From an uncultured Spirochaetota bacterium (GTDB lineage Bacteria > Spirochaetota > Brevinematia > Brevinematales > JAOACQ01), in the NCBI GenBank assembly GCA_963835575.1, contig CAWIGG010000005.1, forward strand, positions 64,001 through 128,000: a DNA stretch of 64,000 bases, given 5' to 3'. A model generated the notes under the pieces. That model was given only the letters and a program-made list of their open reading frames with translations. It searched no databases and had not been told where the DNA came from. The translations under genes were made by a program, and so were the position numbers. Within the stretch, counting starts at the first letter, position 1. Each line of letters begins with the position of its first letter. This document shows, one piece after another, positions 1-9,819 of the stretch.

Positions 1-246
1 TGCCGAATAATTTGTCCCGGAACTTAATAAGAAGAACAGCGGCCAATAATTTTCACTTTTAAAAACAGATTTAATAGTAGTCCCTCTCTCTTTATTTACT
101 ACTATAGCTGTATTCGATGAAAGAGTTATCTCCATAATGGACATTTCTAACTTATCAGAAGATGTTTTTTCATAATAATAAACTTGACAGTGCGCATATA
201 GTTTATAAATCAATGTCATTAATATTACCAAAACCATGGTCTTCAT
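1..246 (-). CDS. partial hypothetical secreted protein (runs off window start)
   Basis: Manual translation from ATG at 246 (MKTMVLVILMTLIYKLYAHCQVYYYEK...) stays open to base 1; hydrophobic N-terminus. Confidence 0.6.
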   Translation of the reverse strand, partial: MKTMVLVILMTLIYKLYAHCQVYYYEKTSSDKLEMSIMEITLSSNTAIVVNKERGTTIKSVFKSENYWPLFFLLSSGTNYSA

Positions 247-343
247 AATCTTTTTCTCATAAATATTTCTCTATTGTTCTAAATTTTTCTATTTAATGCA
301 TGGTTTTCAATTAACCGTAAATGTAATAAGAACCATACCATAT

Positions 344-394
344 TACCGAACTGACTGATAGGAATTTTTATAATTCCAACTGAGGATAGGATAT
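344..394. repeat. 51-bp direct repeat, copy 1 (upstream element)
   Basis: TACCGAACTGACTGATAGGAATTTTTATAATTCCAACTGAGGATAGGATAT; 2 mismatches to 2298-2348. Confidence 0.9.
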
Positions 395-541
395 AGAAAA
401 GAAATAAAAATCACAAAAAAACGCCGATTTTTCTTGAAAATAAACAGATACCGTCACCGGCATATCCACTGGCGATCTTACCATCGAACATGCAAATACC
501 GATGGTTTCTTTTAAGGTCTTTTATGGTGTTTCTCCATAAT

Positions 542-2194
542 CTAAAAATTTATAAGCAGGTTTAGTTGAACAAAAAAACAGCTGGTATCCAGCGTAACAG
601 TGCCGCTGCTGTCGGATAGAATTTCCGCATTTCCATTCGTGTCCATATAGGGGATATTATTAAAAACACAATATTCGTACCCGGCTGATACGGCCAATTG
701 AATGCCTGGTACCCAGCCCACCGCGCCGCCCAGAGCTATAGCGGAATAGAATCCATTATTATCTCCATTACCATTATTAAGTCCAAAATCAATTCCTTCT
801 CTGCCGGCTTTGAGATCTACATAAAACATAGTCTCCCCATCAAGGTGGTTCCGGAAAAAAAAGGGAATGATCCGTATCATCCCGCCCCCGATGGGAAAAC
901 CGATAAGACTGCCATTATTATTATTGTTATTGTTATTATTATTATTTCCGCCAACGCCCCCCTGCATAAAAATCCCGACGGCAAGGAAGTCAAACGCCCT
1001 GTATAATAAATTGCCTTCCAAGTATGGGTTAACATTAGCGTTGGTGTTGTAATAATTGTTATTGTTATTATTAATATTATTATTGTTGCTGCTGATAACA
1101 TTCGCCGCAGCGCTCCAAAATCTGCTGTTGGGGTTAAGAAAGGGAAACTTATAGACAGTGTTAAAACTCAAAGTAAAACGGGCATACCAGGGAAGACTTT
1201 TATCGCCGGTCTGGGATTGTTTTTCTGACAGTGGAATTGAATTATTCTGCAGCGCGGTTTTAAAAACAACCACCTTTAATTCCGCTTCATTGATTACGAT
1301 ATTTGTGGCAGCTATCAAGCCGCTGCCGTTTTTTATCGATATCACGTTCTGTTTTCCGGCCCCTACATTCGTGATTTTCAACTCTCCCGAATTGTCCGTT
1401 TTCCCGATATTGGTCCCGTTCATATAAACATCGATACCGCTTTCTATCGTTTCCAGGATCAAAACGCCGGTAGGATTGTATTCCAGTACATTTGTTTTTC
1501 CGCTTTGTATCTCCAGTTTTCTCTTCAGCACTTCTTTATCGGATTGATCGGCTTTTAAACTGATATCAACTGATTGCCCGGACACAAACTTGTCAATGTA
1601 TCCCTCTTTGCTGTTGATCAATTTGATAAATCCATCGTTAACAAATAGTTGGTAAGACACTCCTTCCTGTTTGATGGCAATTTTAACATATCCCAGCTTA
1701 ATCGGTTTCCCGGCTAACAGACCGGAAACATCCAGTATCATTTTATCAATGGTATCAAAAATATCCGGACCGGCGCTTCCTTTGTAATTTCTCTGAAATA
1801 ATAATTGCCCGTTGATAACGTTATAAACATAAACTTTGATGGATATTGTTTCATTATTATCATTAACAATATAATCGCCGGTAATTACCTGTTCCGTTGA
1901 AAAACGCTGCGCGATATTAATCGCCTGATCACTTTTCAATTCCTTTTTATTCCAGAAATTATCTTCCAGAGCTGCCTTTTCCACCTCGTTATATGGGGTA
2001 ATATTTTTTGATATTTTTGAAAGAAAAGTGGAAAGGGATTTTGTCATAATTGCGTTTATATTGTCCCGGTTTGATTTTCCTTTATTTATGAACCCGGCAA
2101 CCGTCACCGATTTCATTTCCAGCGGCTGCGGCCAGCTTAGGGCCGAAATAACGAATAAAATAAATGAGAACACCAATATTCTTTTAACTGCCAT
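542..2194 (-). CDS. secreted/outer-membrane protein (TolB-N/CsgG-like N-terminus, PEGA-like middle, poly-Asn tracts, beta-barrel-like C-terminus)
   Basis: 550-aa ORF with signal peptide, SD GGGAGG, Asn runs, amphipathic C-terminal strands ending in Phe. Confidence 0.7.
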   Translation of the reverse strand: MAVKRILVFSFILFVISALSWPQPLEMKSVTVAGFINKGKSNRDNINAIMTKSLSTFLSKISKNITPYNEVEKAALEDNFWNKKELKSDQAINIAQRFSTEQVITGDYIVNDNNETISIKVYVYNVINGQLLFQRNYKGSAGPDIFDTIDKMILDVSGLLAGKPIKLGYVKIAIKQEGVSYQLFVNDGFIKLINSKEGYIDKFVSGQSVDISLKADQSDKEVLKRKLEIQSGKTNVLEYNPTGVLILETIESGIDVYMNGTNIGKTDNSGELKITNVGAGKQNVISIKNGSGLIAATNIVINEAELKVVVFKTALQNNSIPLSEKQSQTGDKSLPWYARFTLSFNTVYKFPFLNPNSRFWSAAANVISSNNNNINNNNNNYYNTNANVNPYLEGNLLYRAFDFLAVGIFMQGGVGGNNNNNNNNNNNGSLIGFPIGGGMIRIIPFFFRNHLDGETMFYVDLKAGREGIDFGLNNGNGDNNGFYSAIALGGAVGWVPGIQLAVSAGYEYCVFNNIPYMDTNGNAEILSDSSGTVTLDTSCFFVQLNLLINF

Positions 2195-2297
2195 ATATTC
2201 CCTCCCCCTAATAAAATCTTAAATAGCCGGTTTGATAATTGTAAACCGGCGGCCTGATAAAACAATCAAAAATCAAAGAAATGCATAAAAACAATTG

Positions 2298-2348
2298 TAC
2301 CGAACTGACTGATAGGAATTTCTATAATTCCAACTAAGGATAGGATAT
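2298..2348. repeat. 51-bp direct repeat, copy 2 (upstream element)
   Basis: Matches 344-394; internal GGAATT..AATTCC dyad. Confidence 0.9.
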
Positions 2349-2514
2349 TGGAAAGTCATAAAAAATGCAACCGTATTTTAGTTTATGATGTTAAGCTGGA
2401 GCCGGATATTTCCCGGGTCCGGCCCAACGATTTTATTGAGGAAATAAAAAAAGTCCCATAACCGACATGTCCATCGGAGAACTGCCCATCGAAAGCATCA
2501 TCAAGGAGCTTTAT

Positions 2515-5070
2515 CTACACAAGCGGTAAAGCGGCTTTTTTCCTATTGAGCAGTTTCAACCCCTCAAACCAGAGCACGCTGAAAATCCCGGCTCCCGCTG
2601 CGATCAAAACATCGCCTGCATGCAGAATATCAAAGTGAAAGAGGTTCCGAAGGAACGGAGTATAAAGGACCAGGGCTAAAAATGTCACCGCCCCGCCGAG
2701 CACCCACCAGAGCGCAGCGTTCTTCATTCCAAGCGTTGTTAATATATTCAGGCTCCATGACCGGTTGGACAGGATCAATCCGATATTGGCTATGATCAAT
2801 GTTGTAAAAGTTATGGCCCTGGAATTTTCCTCGCTGCCCCCGATAAATTTTGATGCCCAGTAAACGGCAAGCGTTATGAATAGAACGCTTAAGCCCTGCA
2901 GCAAACTGATGACCACATGCTTTTTTCCGAACATGGGATCATCCAGACGGCGAGGCGGACGGTCCATAATTCCGGGCTCTTCATTCTCCGCCTCAAATAC
3001 GATTGAACATGCCGGATCGATGATCAGCTCCAGGAAGACAATATGGACCGGCAGAAGCACAAGCGGGGCGTTAAATAAGACAGGGATCAGGGCTATCCCG
3101 GCTATGGGCACATGGATCGCGATGATATACGTCATGGCTTTTCTGAGATTATCATAAATCCTCCGGCCCATTTTAACAGCCGACACAATGGAAGAAAAAT
3201 CGTCATCCAGAAGGACAAGATCAGAAGCCTCGCGGGCCACGTCGGTCCCGCGCGCTCCCATCGCAATGCCGATATTGGAAGACTTCAGCGCCGGCGCATC
3301 GTTCACGCCGTCGCCCGTCATTGCCACAACTTCGCCCAGAGCTTTCAGGGCATCTACTATTATAAGCTTCTGTTCGGGAACAACACGCGCAAAAATATTC
3401 GTGTTCTTGATACGCTCTTCCAGTTCTTTTTCCTTCATCTGTAGAAGCTCCGGCCCGGTGATCACGTTTTCCGTGTTTTTCAGGCCGATCTGGCGGCCGA
3501 TGTTCTGCGCCGTTCCCGGATAATCTCCTGTTATCATGATCACGCGGATCCCCGCCTGATAGCATTCCTTAATTGCGCCGGGCACGGCCGGCCGTATCGG
3601 GTCGGAAAGCCCGATCAGCCCCAGAAACTCAAAATCAAAATCATGCTGGATTTCCGGCAGGCTTTTTTCAACAAACTGCGAGTGGGCCACGCCGAGAACA
3701 CGGAGCCCCTCATCCGCCATTTCAACAACACGTTTGAGCAGCTCTTTTTTTGTTTTTTCATCGACATGGCAGAGGTCCAGAATAGCTTCCGGCGCTCCCT
3801 TGGCCGCGATCATGAACTTATGCTCCAGCGGTATCTGCCAGACATTCGACATGGCCAGAAGCTCTTTCGACAGAGGGTATTCCTGAATAAGTTCCCAGTC
3901 TTCATGAATGTGTTCTGTATTCTTCAGCTTGTACTCGCCAAGCTGTTTGATCGCCTTTTCCATCGGATCGAATGGGGATTTCTGGCTGGCCAGGATGCTG
4001 TACTCCACAAGGCGGTGGAAATTCTCCGGCAGAAGCACGGCTCTATTATGGAATTCCGGGTTAAAGAAGCTCCAGTTGGCGAAAATTTTCGTCACCGTCA
4101 TCTGGTTCATCGTCAGCGTTCCCGTTTTGTCGACGCAGAGCACTCCGGCGGCTCCCAGCGACTCTATAGCTGAAGGCTTGCGCGTCAGGACGTTTTTTTT
4201 CGACATCCTCCATGCGCCGAGAGCGAGAAAGACCGTCAGCACGACCGGGAATTCCTCCGGCAGCATCGCCATGGCAAGGGCAATCCCCGCCAGGAGCCCG
4301 TCTATCCATGACTTTGATGGATTGAGAGCCGTATAGCGTGTAATGCCGTAGACAACTACCAGTAAGGTGCAGAGAATAATGCCGATAAAAGCGAAATTCT
4401 TAACAAGTTTGCCCGTTTCCTTCTGGAGCATTGTTTCTTCCGCAGTGATCGACTGAAGCGATTTTCCTATCTTGCCCAGTTCCGTATTTACGCCTGCGGC
4501 ATAGACTTTAGCTATTCCCTGGCCCTGCACGACAAGCGTGCCGGAATAAACGAAGGGCGTTTTTTCATCCATGGCATATTTATGAACTGGTACGGATTCT
4601 CCTGTCAACAGCGATTCATCCACGCTCATGTTCATCGCGTGAAGAATTTCAGCGTCCGCCGGCACCCTGTCCCCTTCGGACAGGATGATGATATCGCCTT
4701 TAACGACTTCCCTCCCCGCTATGCGCTTTGTTTCGCCGCCGCGGATGACAAGGGCGCGGGGGCTGGAAAGGTCTTTTAACGCTTCCAGCGCCCTTTCCGT
4801 TTTTTTCTCCTGGTAAAATGTAATGGCCATTATGACAAACACAAAGCTCAGAAGCATCACCGCTTCCCTCGGTTCGCCCAAGAGGAGATAAAGTACGCCG
4901 CCGGCTATCAATAGTATGAACATCGGTTCTTTTATGACATCCCATGCAATGATAAAAATATTTTTCCTTTTTGATGAAGGCAGTTCATTATATCCTTCGG
5001 TTTTTAATTTCTGCCGGACTTCTTCTTCCGTTAATCCTGTAAAACTGCTTATGTCGACGCTTTTAATCAT
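2515..5070 (-). CDS. cation-transporting P-type ATPase (Ca2+/Mg2+-like, type II)
   Basis: TGES, PEEFP, DKTGTLT, KGAPE, MITGD and TGDGVNDAPAL motifs. Confidence 0.95.
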   Translation of the reverse strand: MIKSVDISSFTGLTEEEVRQKLKTEGYNELPSSKRKNIFIIAWDVIKEPMFILLIAGGVLYLLLGEPREAVMLLSFVFVIMAITFYQEKKTERALEALKDLSSPRALVIRGGETKRIAGREVVKGDIIILSEGDRVPADAEILHAMNMSVDESLLTGESVPVHKYAMDEKTPFVYSGTLVVQGQGIAKVYAAGVNTELGKIGKSLQSITAEETMLQKETGKLVKNFAFIGIILCTLLVVVYGITRYTALNPSKSWIDGLLAGIALAMAMLPEEFPVVLTVFLALGAWRMSKKNVLTRKPSAIESLGAAGVLCVDKTGTLTMNQMTVTKIFANWSFFNPEFHNRAVLLPENFHRLVEYSILASQKSPFDPMEKAIKQLGEYKLKNTEHIHEDWELIQEYPLSKELLAMSNVWQIPLEHKFMIAAKGAPEAILDLCHVDEKTKKELLKRVVEMADEGLRVLGVAHSQFVEKSLPEIQHDFDFEFLGLIGLSDPIRPAVPGAIKECYQAGIRVIMITGDYPGTAQNIGRQIGLKNTENVITGPELLQMKEKELEERIKNTNIFARVVPEQKLIIVDALKALGEVVAMTGDGVNDAPALKSSNIGIAMGARGTDVAREASDLVLLDDDFSSIVSAVKMGRRIYDNLRKAMTYIIAIHVPIAGIALIPVLFNAPLVLLPVHIVFLELIIDPACSIVFEAENEEPGIMDRPPRRLDDPMFGKKHVVISLLQGLSVLFITLAVYWASKFIGGSEENSRAITFTTLIIANIGLILSNRSWSLNILTTLGMKNAALWWVLGGAVTFLALVLYTPFLRNLFHFDILHAGDVLIAAGAGIFSVLWFEGLKLLNRKKAALPLV

Positions 5071-5195
5071 GAAAAAACCTCATAATATAAATTTAAGATT
5101 TTTATTTGTCATCCATTATTAATTTTCCAGGAATCATGAATTCCCGTTATTATAAATCTGAGAAAAATAAACCAACCACTTGAAATATGCATTTG

Positions 5196-5279
5196 CTATC
5201 CTGAGAAAAAAGGGATACTGTTTTCTTTAAGAAATGTTTTATTTTTGAGACGCTTTTTATGATAGCTTTCCGCTGTCAT
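5196..5279 (-). CDS. putative 27-aa leader/small ORF
   Basis: Strong SD GAAAGGAGG then MTAESYHKKRLKNKTFLKENSIPFFSG*. Confidence 0.35.
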   Translation of the reverse strand: MTAESYHKKRLKNKTFLKENSIPFFSG

Positions 5280-5328
5280 CGGGCCTCCTTTCGATTATCA
5301 TTCTTTGAAATAAACGAGAAGAAGTCCC

Positions 5329-5392
5329 TCCAGCACCACTTTTGCATCAGACAATAAATGAAGACAAATTTTAATGCAAAAGTGGTGCTGGA
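5329..5392. repeat. perfect 19-bp inverted repeat
   Basis: TCCAGCACCACTTTTGCAT-26nt-ATGCAAAAGTGGTGCTGGA. Confidence 0.85.
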
Positions 5393-5570
5393 TGCCAACA
5401 AAAAGCCCGGCCCGAAGCCTGATCTTCCGGAAGTATTATAATAAAATCTGAATATTTTTGTCAAATTTAACATTTCAAATAAAAAAATCCATAATTTAAC
5501 ATATTCCGGTAAAATTATAAATTAGCTCAAAAATAGTATATAATAAATATTAAATGGAGGAATTTAACTT

Positions 5571-7133
5571 ATGATTGAATTTATTGTTAAAAATTTTATT
5601 CCGGTTATCATAATTGTGATTATCAACTACTGCTATCTCTTATGCCATTCAAAAAACTTTTCGGATTCATTAAAATATACTATTCCTCTTTTCTTATTCA
5701 TTCTATATATTATTTTTATATTTATCTTTTTTAATGCTGCCGGTGACCAGGCAGGCGACTATGCCAGAGGATATGCCCCGGTTGCGAGCGTCATGCTGAT
5801 ATTGCCTGTTTTTATGATACTGATTCTGGTTCTTGAGTTTGCCGTTATCAGAAATCTGATCAGGGATATAGGTCAGTTCTTCAGCGCCGGGCGGAAATGG
5901 AACCTGATCTCCATCCTGGCATTTTTATCGATACTGGCCCATGCGGCAGGGATTTTTGCCATTGCTGAAATGAAATCCAATCCTGACAGGACATCAACTT
6001 TTTCAATAAGCGGCAGAAAAGTTTCTTTTAACGGAAGATATGGTATTGAATATCAGGGAAACTTCTGGAATTCAAGCATAAAAGAAGGCGTTCTGCTTAA
6101 TGACGCCATTCTGCCGGTGGGGAATAAAACGCTGTTGTTTTCAGCCGGAGATCCGGTCCGTTTTTTTGGAAACGGGAGCGTGAAGTCCGGCTGTCTGGCA
6201 GAAAATACGGATATTACAGCCGGCAGTAAAACACTTAAATTTCGTAGATATGAAAAGATGGATTTTTATCAAAACGGGAATGTCAGGAAAGGATTGATCG
6301 CTCAGAATGCAGGCTTTGAGTTGAAGAGCCTTAATAAAAATATCAGGCTTTATAAAGATACATTTGTATCATTATATGAAGACGGTGCACTGAAAGAATT
6401 TGAAATAATGGAACCTATGACTTTAAATGCCGGCAATAAGAAAATTCATTTAAAGGGATCGGAGTTCGGAGGAAAAAAATACGGGGGAGATACATCTTTA
6501 TACCATAACGGAAGCTTAAAATCGGGCATTCTGGCTGGTGACATATCCATGGAAATCGGCAATCAGACAATTACCTTTAAAAAAGACAGCCGGATCGATT
6601 TTTATCCGGACGGCAGCGTAAAAAGAGGCGTTATAAAAAATGAAGTGACTTTTATTGTTAATGGAACTGATTATTATACAGCCGAAAAAAACACAGGAGT
6701 CTTATTCAGCGAAGATGGATTAAGTATATGCCTCAGAAACTTATACAGTGTATTTTATCTGAGACCAGATGAACACCTCAATGTCATCTGCCAGAAGGGC
6801 GGGGGATCATACATCTATAAAAATAAAACGATATACATTGGAAATGATGAAACGGTTTTTGTGCATCAAAGCGATCCAACTTCTGCCAAATACATCGATG
6901 AAAACATTAAGATCGATTCCATCGGCTATTTATATCAGGACTGCGCCGAAAGGCTCGAAAATAACGGGATTGAGGTTCTTCCCGAATTTGAAGATCCTGA
7001 AATGGTCATCATGTTCCGCTACTCGGATGTCGGAAGTGAACAGATTGAGGAAATACTTTTTCTGGAGAGGACTGTCATTTCATTCCGGGATAAAATAATT
7101 GAATGCAAGCCGTTTCAATGGGTACATCTTTGA
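5571..7133 (+). CDS. membrane protein with MORN-variant/YwqK-like repeats
   Basis: About 4 N-terminal TM segments, then repeated (F/L)YxNGx(V/L)KxG units. Confidence 0.65.
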   Translation: MIEFIVKNFIPVIIIVIINYCYLLCHSKNFSDSLKYTIPLFLFILYIIFIFIFFNAAGDQAGDYARGYAPVASVMLILPVFMILILVLEFAVIRNLIRDIGQFFSAGRKWNLISILAFLSILAHAAGIFAIAEMKSNPDRTSTFSISGRKVSFNGRYGIEYQGNFWNSSIKEGVLLNDAILPVGNKTLLFSAGDPVRFFGNGSVKSGCLAENTDITAGSKTLKFRRYEKMDFYQNGNVRKGLIAQNAGFELKSLNKNIRLYKDTFVSLYEDGALKEFEIMEPMTLNAGNKKIHLKGSEFGGKKYGGDTSLYHNGSLKSGILAGDISMEIGNQTITFKKDSRIDFYPDGSVKRGVIKNEVTFIVNGTDYYTAEKNTGVLFSEDGLSICLRNLYSVFYLRPDEHLNVICQKGGGSYIYKNKTIYIGNDETVFVHQSDPTSAKYIDENIKIDSIGYLYQDCAERLENNGIEVLPEFEDPEMVIMFRYSDVGSEQIEEILFLERTVISFRDKIIECKPFQWVHL

Positions 7134-7145
7134 GGATTTAATGAT

Positions 7146-7907
7146 ATGAAAATATTAATATTTATTATGATTTTCCTTTTCACCGGAATTTCATATTCCA
7201 AAACAATATCAAATACAGAGTTTTTATTCGGGGAAAAAATCGACAGAGCTTCTTTAAAAAATGTAAAAAACACAATCACAGGGTTCGAGTTTCCGCTGGA
7301 TATTGATTTCTCAACAAACGATATTTATATAACAGGGAATATTTTCTTCGGTTATACCGTATATATCAATCCGAAATTCAAAAACAAAATCAAACGGATA
7401 GCTCTGACCGATTTGTCAACAAAAAAGAAATACATAAAGGATAAGATAATATCACAAGTCACAATTGATACCGCCAAAGGGTCAATAGATTCCCTGTCTT
7501 TTATATTTTATAATTATGGGAATCTGTCGTCGGGAAAATGGCGATTGGAAATGATATTATCAAACAATAAAATCATTTTCCGAACATTCATTATGCAGGC
7601 CGGTTTCAGTATTACTAAAATCAAGGACCCGGGTCCGTTTTATTATGAGGATGGGATATTTAAAAAAAATTCGATGATTTTTGTATATGGACAATATAAT
7701 AAAAAAACTATCCAACTGGGACTTTACCGCTCCGATGATATAGGTAATATGACTGGAATTACAGGGGCAGTTACGGATGTAAGGAATGGACGCTTTTATA
7801 ATGAAGTAAAATTAGGAACAAACATCGAAAGCGGAGATTATGCAATTCTTACAGAAGAAGAAATGAATGAAAAAAACATACTTTGCCGGGGATTCAGCAT
7901 AAAGTAA
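7146..7907 (+). CDS. hypothetical secreted protein
   Basis: 253-aa ORF with signal peptide, SD GAGG, follows the previous gene. Confidence 0.7.
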   Translation: MKILIFIMIFLFTGISYSKTISNTEFLFGEKIDRASLKNVKNTITGFEFPLDIDFSTNDIYITGNIFFGYTVYINPKFKNKIKRIALTDLSTKKKYIKDKIISQVTIDTAKGSIDSLSFIFYNYGNLSSGKWRLEMILSNNKIIFRTFIMQAGFSITKIKDPGPFYYEDGIFKKNSMIFVYGQYNKKTIQLGLYRSDDIGNMTGITGAVTDVRNGRFYNEVKLGTNIESGDYAILTEEEMNEKNILCRGFSIK

Positions 7908-8021
7908 TGATAACCAGATTAACGGAATACATATAAATAAGCTGTTAATAAAGACAATTGAATAATAGTCAGTCCGAAAAGACATTGAAGCGATTTTGAA
8001 CCAATCACATTTTTGTCTTGA

Positions 8022-8318
8022 TCATGGCATATCATTTTCATATTCCCGGATAATGCTTTTCAAATCTTCATCCGCGTATTCCAGGATTTCGTCCTTCCAT
8101 TCCGGATGGATAACCCATAGCCAGCCCAGAATATCGTCCTTTTGAGGAGGATCATCATCCGGGCAGAATTCCAGAAAATCCATATTCCACCCGAGGATAT
8201 TGATGCGGATGCCGTCCACATCATAAAACCGTTCATCTAGCCTTTCATACTCTTTTATATCTTTTAAGAAATATTTTTTTGGCGTTTTCCCGGGTTCATT
8301 TAACAATTCCAGAACCAT
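8022..8318 (-). CDS. hypothetical acidic protein
   Basis: 98-aa ORF, start overlaps upstream stop (TAATG). Confidence 0.65.
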   Translation of the reverse strand: MVLELLNEPGKTPKKYFLKDIKEYERLDERFYDVDGIRINILGWNMDFLEFCPDDDPPQKDDILGWLWVIHPEWKDEILEYADEDLKSIIREYENDMP

Positions 8319-8671
8319 TAATCAATATACCATTCCTTGTTTTCCCAATTTTCAATCGCCTGACTTGATTCGGAACTTAAAAGCGGAATATTTCCATCTG
8401 CTATTTTTTTTAATATCGCCAGACACTTTTCCGGATCAAATCTCATACCGTAAACGGCAGCCAGACTTGCAACCTCAGGCAGTTCGGAACCGGTCAATGC
8501 CAATAATGCCTGTATGCCTTCTTCTCCGATTTCTTTGAGCTTATGATATGTTTCATTCATTTTCTTTACCTGCATGTTTCCTTTCCGCCAGTTTCCCTCC
8601 CTGGTGAATTGAAACTGCCTGACAGCCGAATCACTGAAGTCTTTAATCAGCTTCAAGACTTTTTCATCCAT
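8318..8671 (-). CDS. DUF2019-like protein (putative toxin immunity)
   Basis: Pattern GNWRKGN...GEEGIQALLAL...EVASLAA...QAIENW resembles DUF2019. Confidence 0.55.
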   Translation of the reverse strand: MDEKVLKLIKDFSDSAVRQFQFTREGNWRKGNMQVKKMNETYHKLKEIGEEGIQALLALTGSELPEVASLAAVYGMRFDPEKCLAILKKIADGNIPLLSSESSQAIENWENKEWYID

Positions 8672-8943
8672 TATTTTTTCCTCTCAATAGCGTTTTATTC
8701 AATAATTATTAAATAACCGGAACAGCAGATTATATAATAACTGAACATTAACGTCAAAACCCGTCCTGGTATTTCATTGAAACAAAATTTTCCTTTAATA
8801 CATCTATACTAAGACGCTTTCAAATCCGGTTTAACTTCTTCAACGACTTTCTTTCTTAAATTTTTATTTGAAATAAAATCGGCCTTAATGTAGAATATTC
8901 ATTGCCGGATGCATATTCTTTAATTCCGGCAGCGGAGGTTTGT

Positions 8944-9354
8944 ATGGCTAGAATAGAATGGACGGACCAGCTCAGCGTCGGCATACCCAAAATCGATCAG
9001 CAGCATAAAGGTTTGATCGATTTAATCAATACTCTCGGCGACAGTGCGATGCAGGAAGAAAAAAATAAAAAAATATTAGAGGATTCCATAGAAAAGCTTA
9101 TGGATTATACAAAATTTCACTTTTCGACGGAAGAGTATCTGATGCGCCAGGTAAAATACACCGGATACGCATCCCATGTCAAAGAACATGAGGCATTTGT
9201 CGCAAAGGTTTCTTCCTTTTATAATGATTTTCTGGATAATAAAGCAGAGCTGGACCAGGCCATAGTCGATTATCTCATCAACTGGGTTATCAATCATATA
9301 CAAACAATCGACAAAATGTATATGCCTTATTTGAGTGAAGTTCCAAAAACCTGA
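8944..9354 (+). CDS. bacteriohemerythrin
   Basis: W..LSVG...ID.QH, HF..EE, H..EH, WVINHI...D motifs; start set at ATG 8944 after GGAGG. Confidence 0.93.
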   Translation: MARIEWTDQLSVGIPKIDQQHKGLIDLINTLGDSAMQEEKNKKILEDSIEKLMDYTKFHFSTEEYLMRQVKYTGYASHVKEHEAFVAKVSSFYNDFLDNKAELDQAIVDYLINWVINHIQTIDKMYMPYLSEVPKT

Positions 9355-9369
9355 AGTTTTTGGAACTTC
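9337..9369. repeat. REP-like hairpin TTCCAAAAAC..GTTTTTGGAA, copy 1
   Basis: GAAGTTCCAAAAAC-CTGAA-GTTTTTGGAACTTC; related to 51552-51586. Confidence 0.7.
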
Positions 9370-9414
9370 CTGCCTCGAAATAACTAAGTATTTAATAATT
9401 ACCGGAGGAAGCTT

Positions 9415-9819
9415 ATGATTATACTCATCCTCTCAAATATCGTTAAAAACACTCTGCTCCGGTATGCTGAAAACGAGCTCCATCAGGGCCATTGGGGAAA
9501 TGGGGAAGTCATAATCCCGGAGCATCAGATCCTTGCCGAAAGAATAAAGAACGCCGGGGAAAAAATCGAGTTTTCATTACTGCAATTGGAAATAATATGC
9601 CAATGGATTTCGGGTACAACAAAGGACGGCCGGGTCCTAACACCGGAAGACAGAATTGCCATTCAAAGCTTAAGAAGTCCCTTAAAGAAATATTATAAAA
9701 AGATAATATCCCGGGATGGGACGGAAGCGCAGAATGTCCTGGAACAGATAAAACTGCTGGATAAAATATATCCGCCGGATCTTGTAAAAAATAATAATAA
9801 AGGAAAGAAAGATGAGTAA
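9415..9819 (+). CDS. hypothetical protein
   Basis: 134-aa ORF with GGAGG SD. Confidence 0.7.
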   Translation: MIILILSNIVKNTLLRYAENELHQGHWGNGEVIIPEHQILAERIKNAGEKIEFSLLQLEIICQWISGTTKDGRVLTPEDRIAIQSLRSPLKKYYKKIISRDGTEAQNVLEQIKLLDKIYPPDLVKNNNKGKKDE

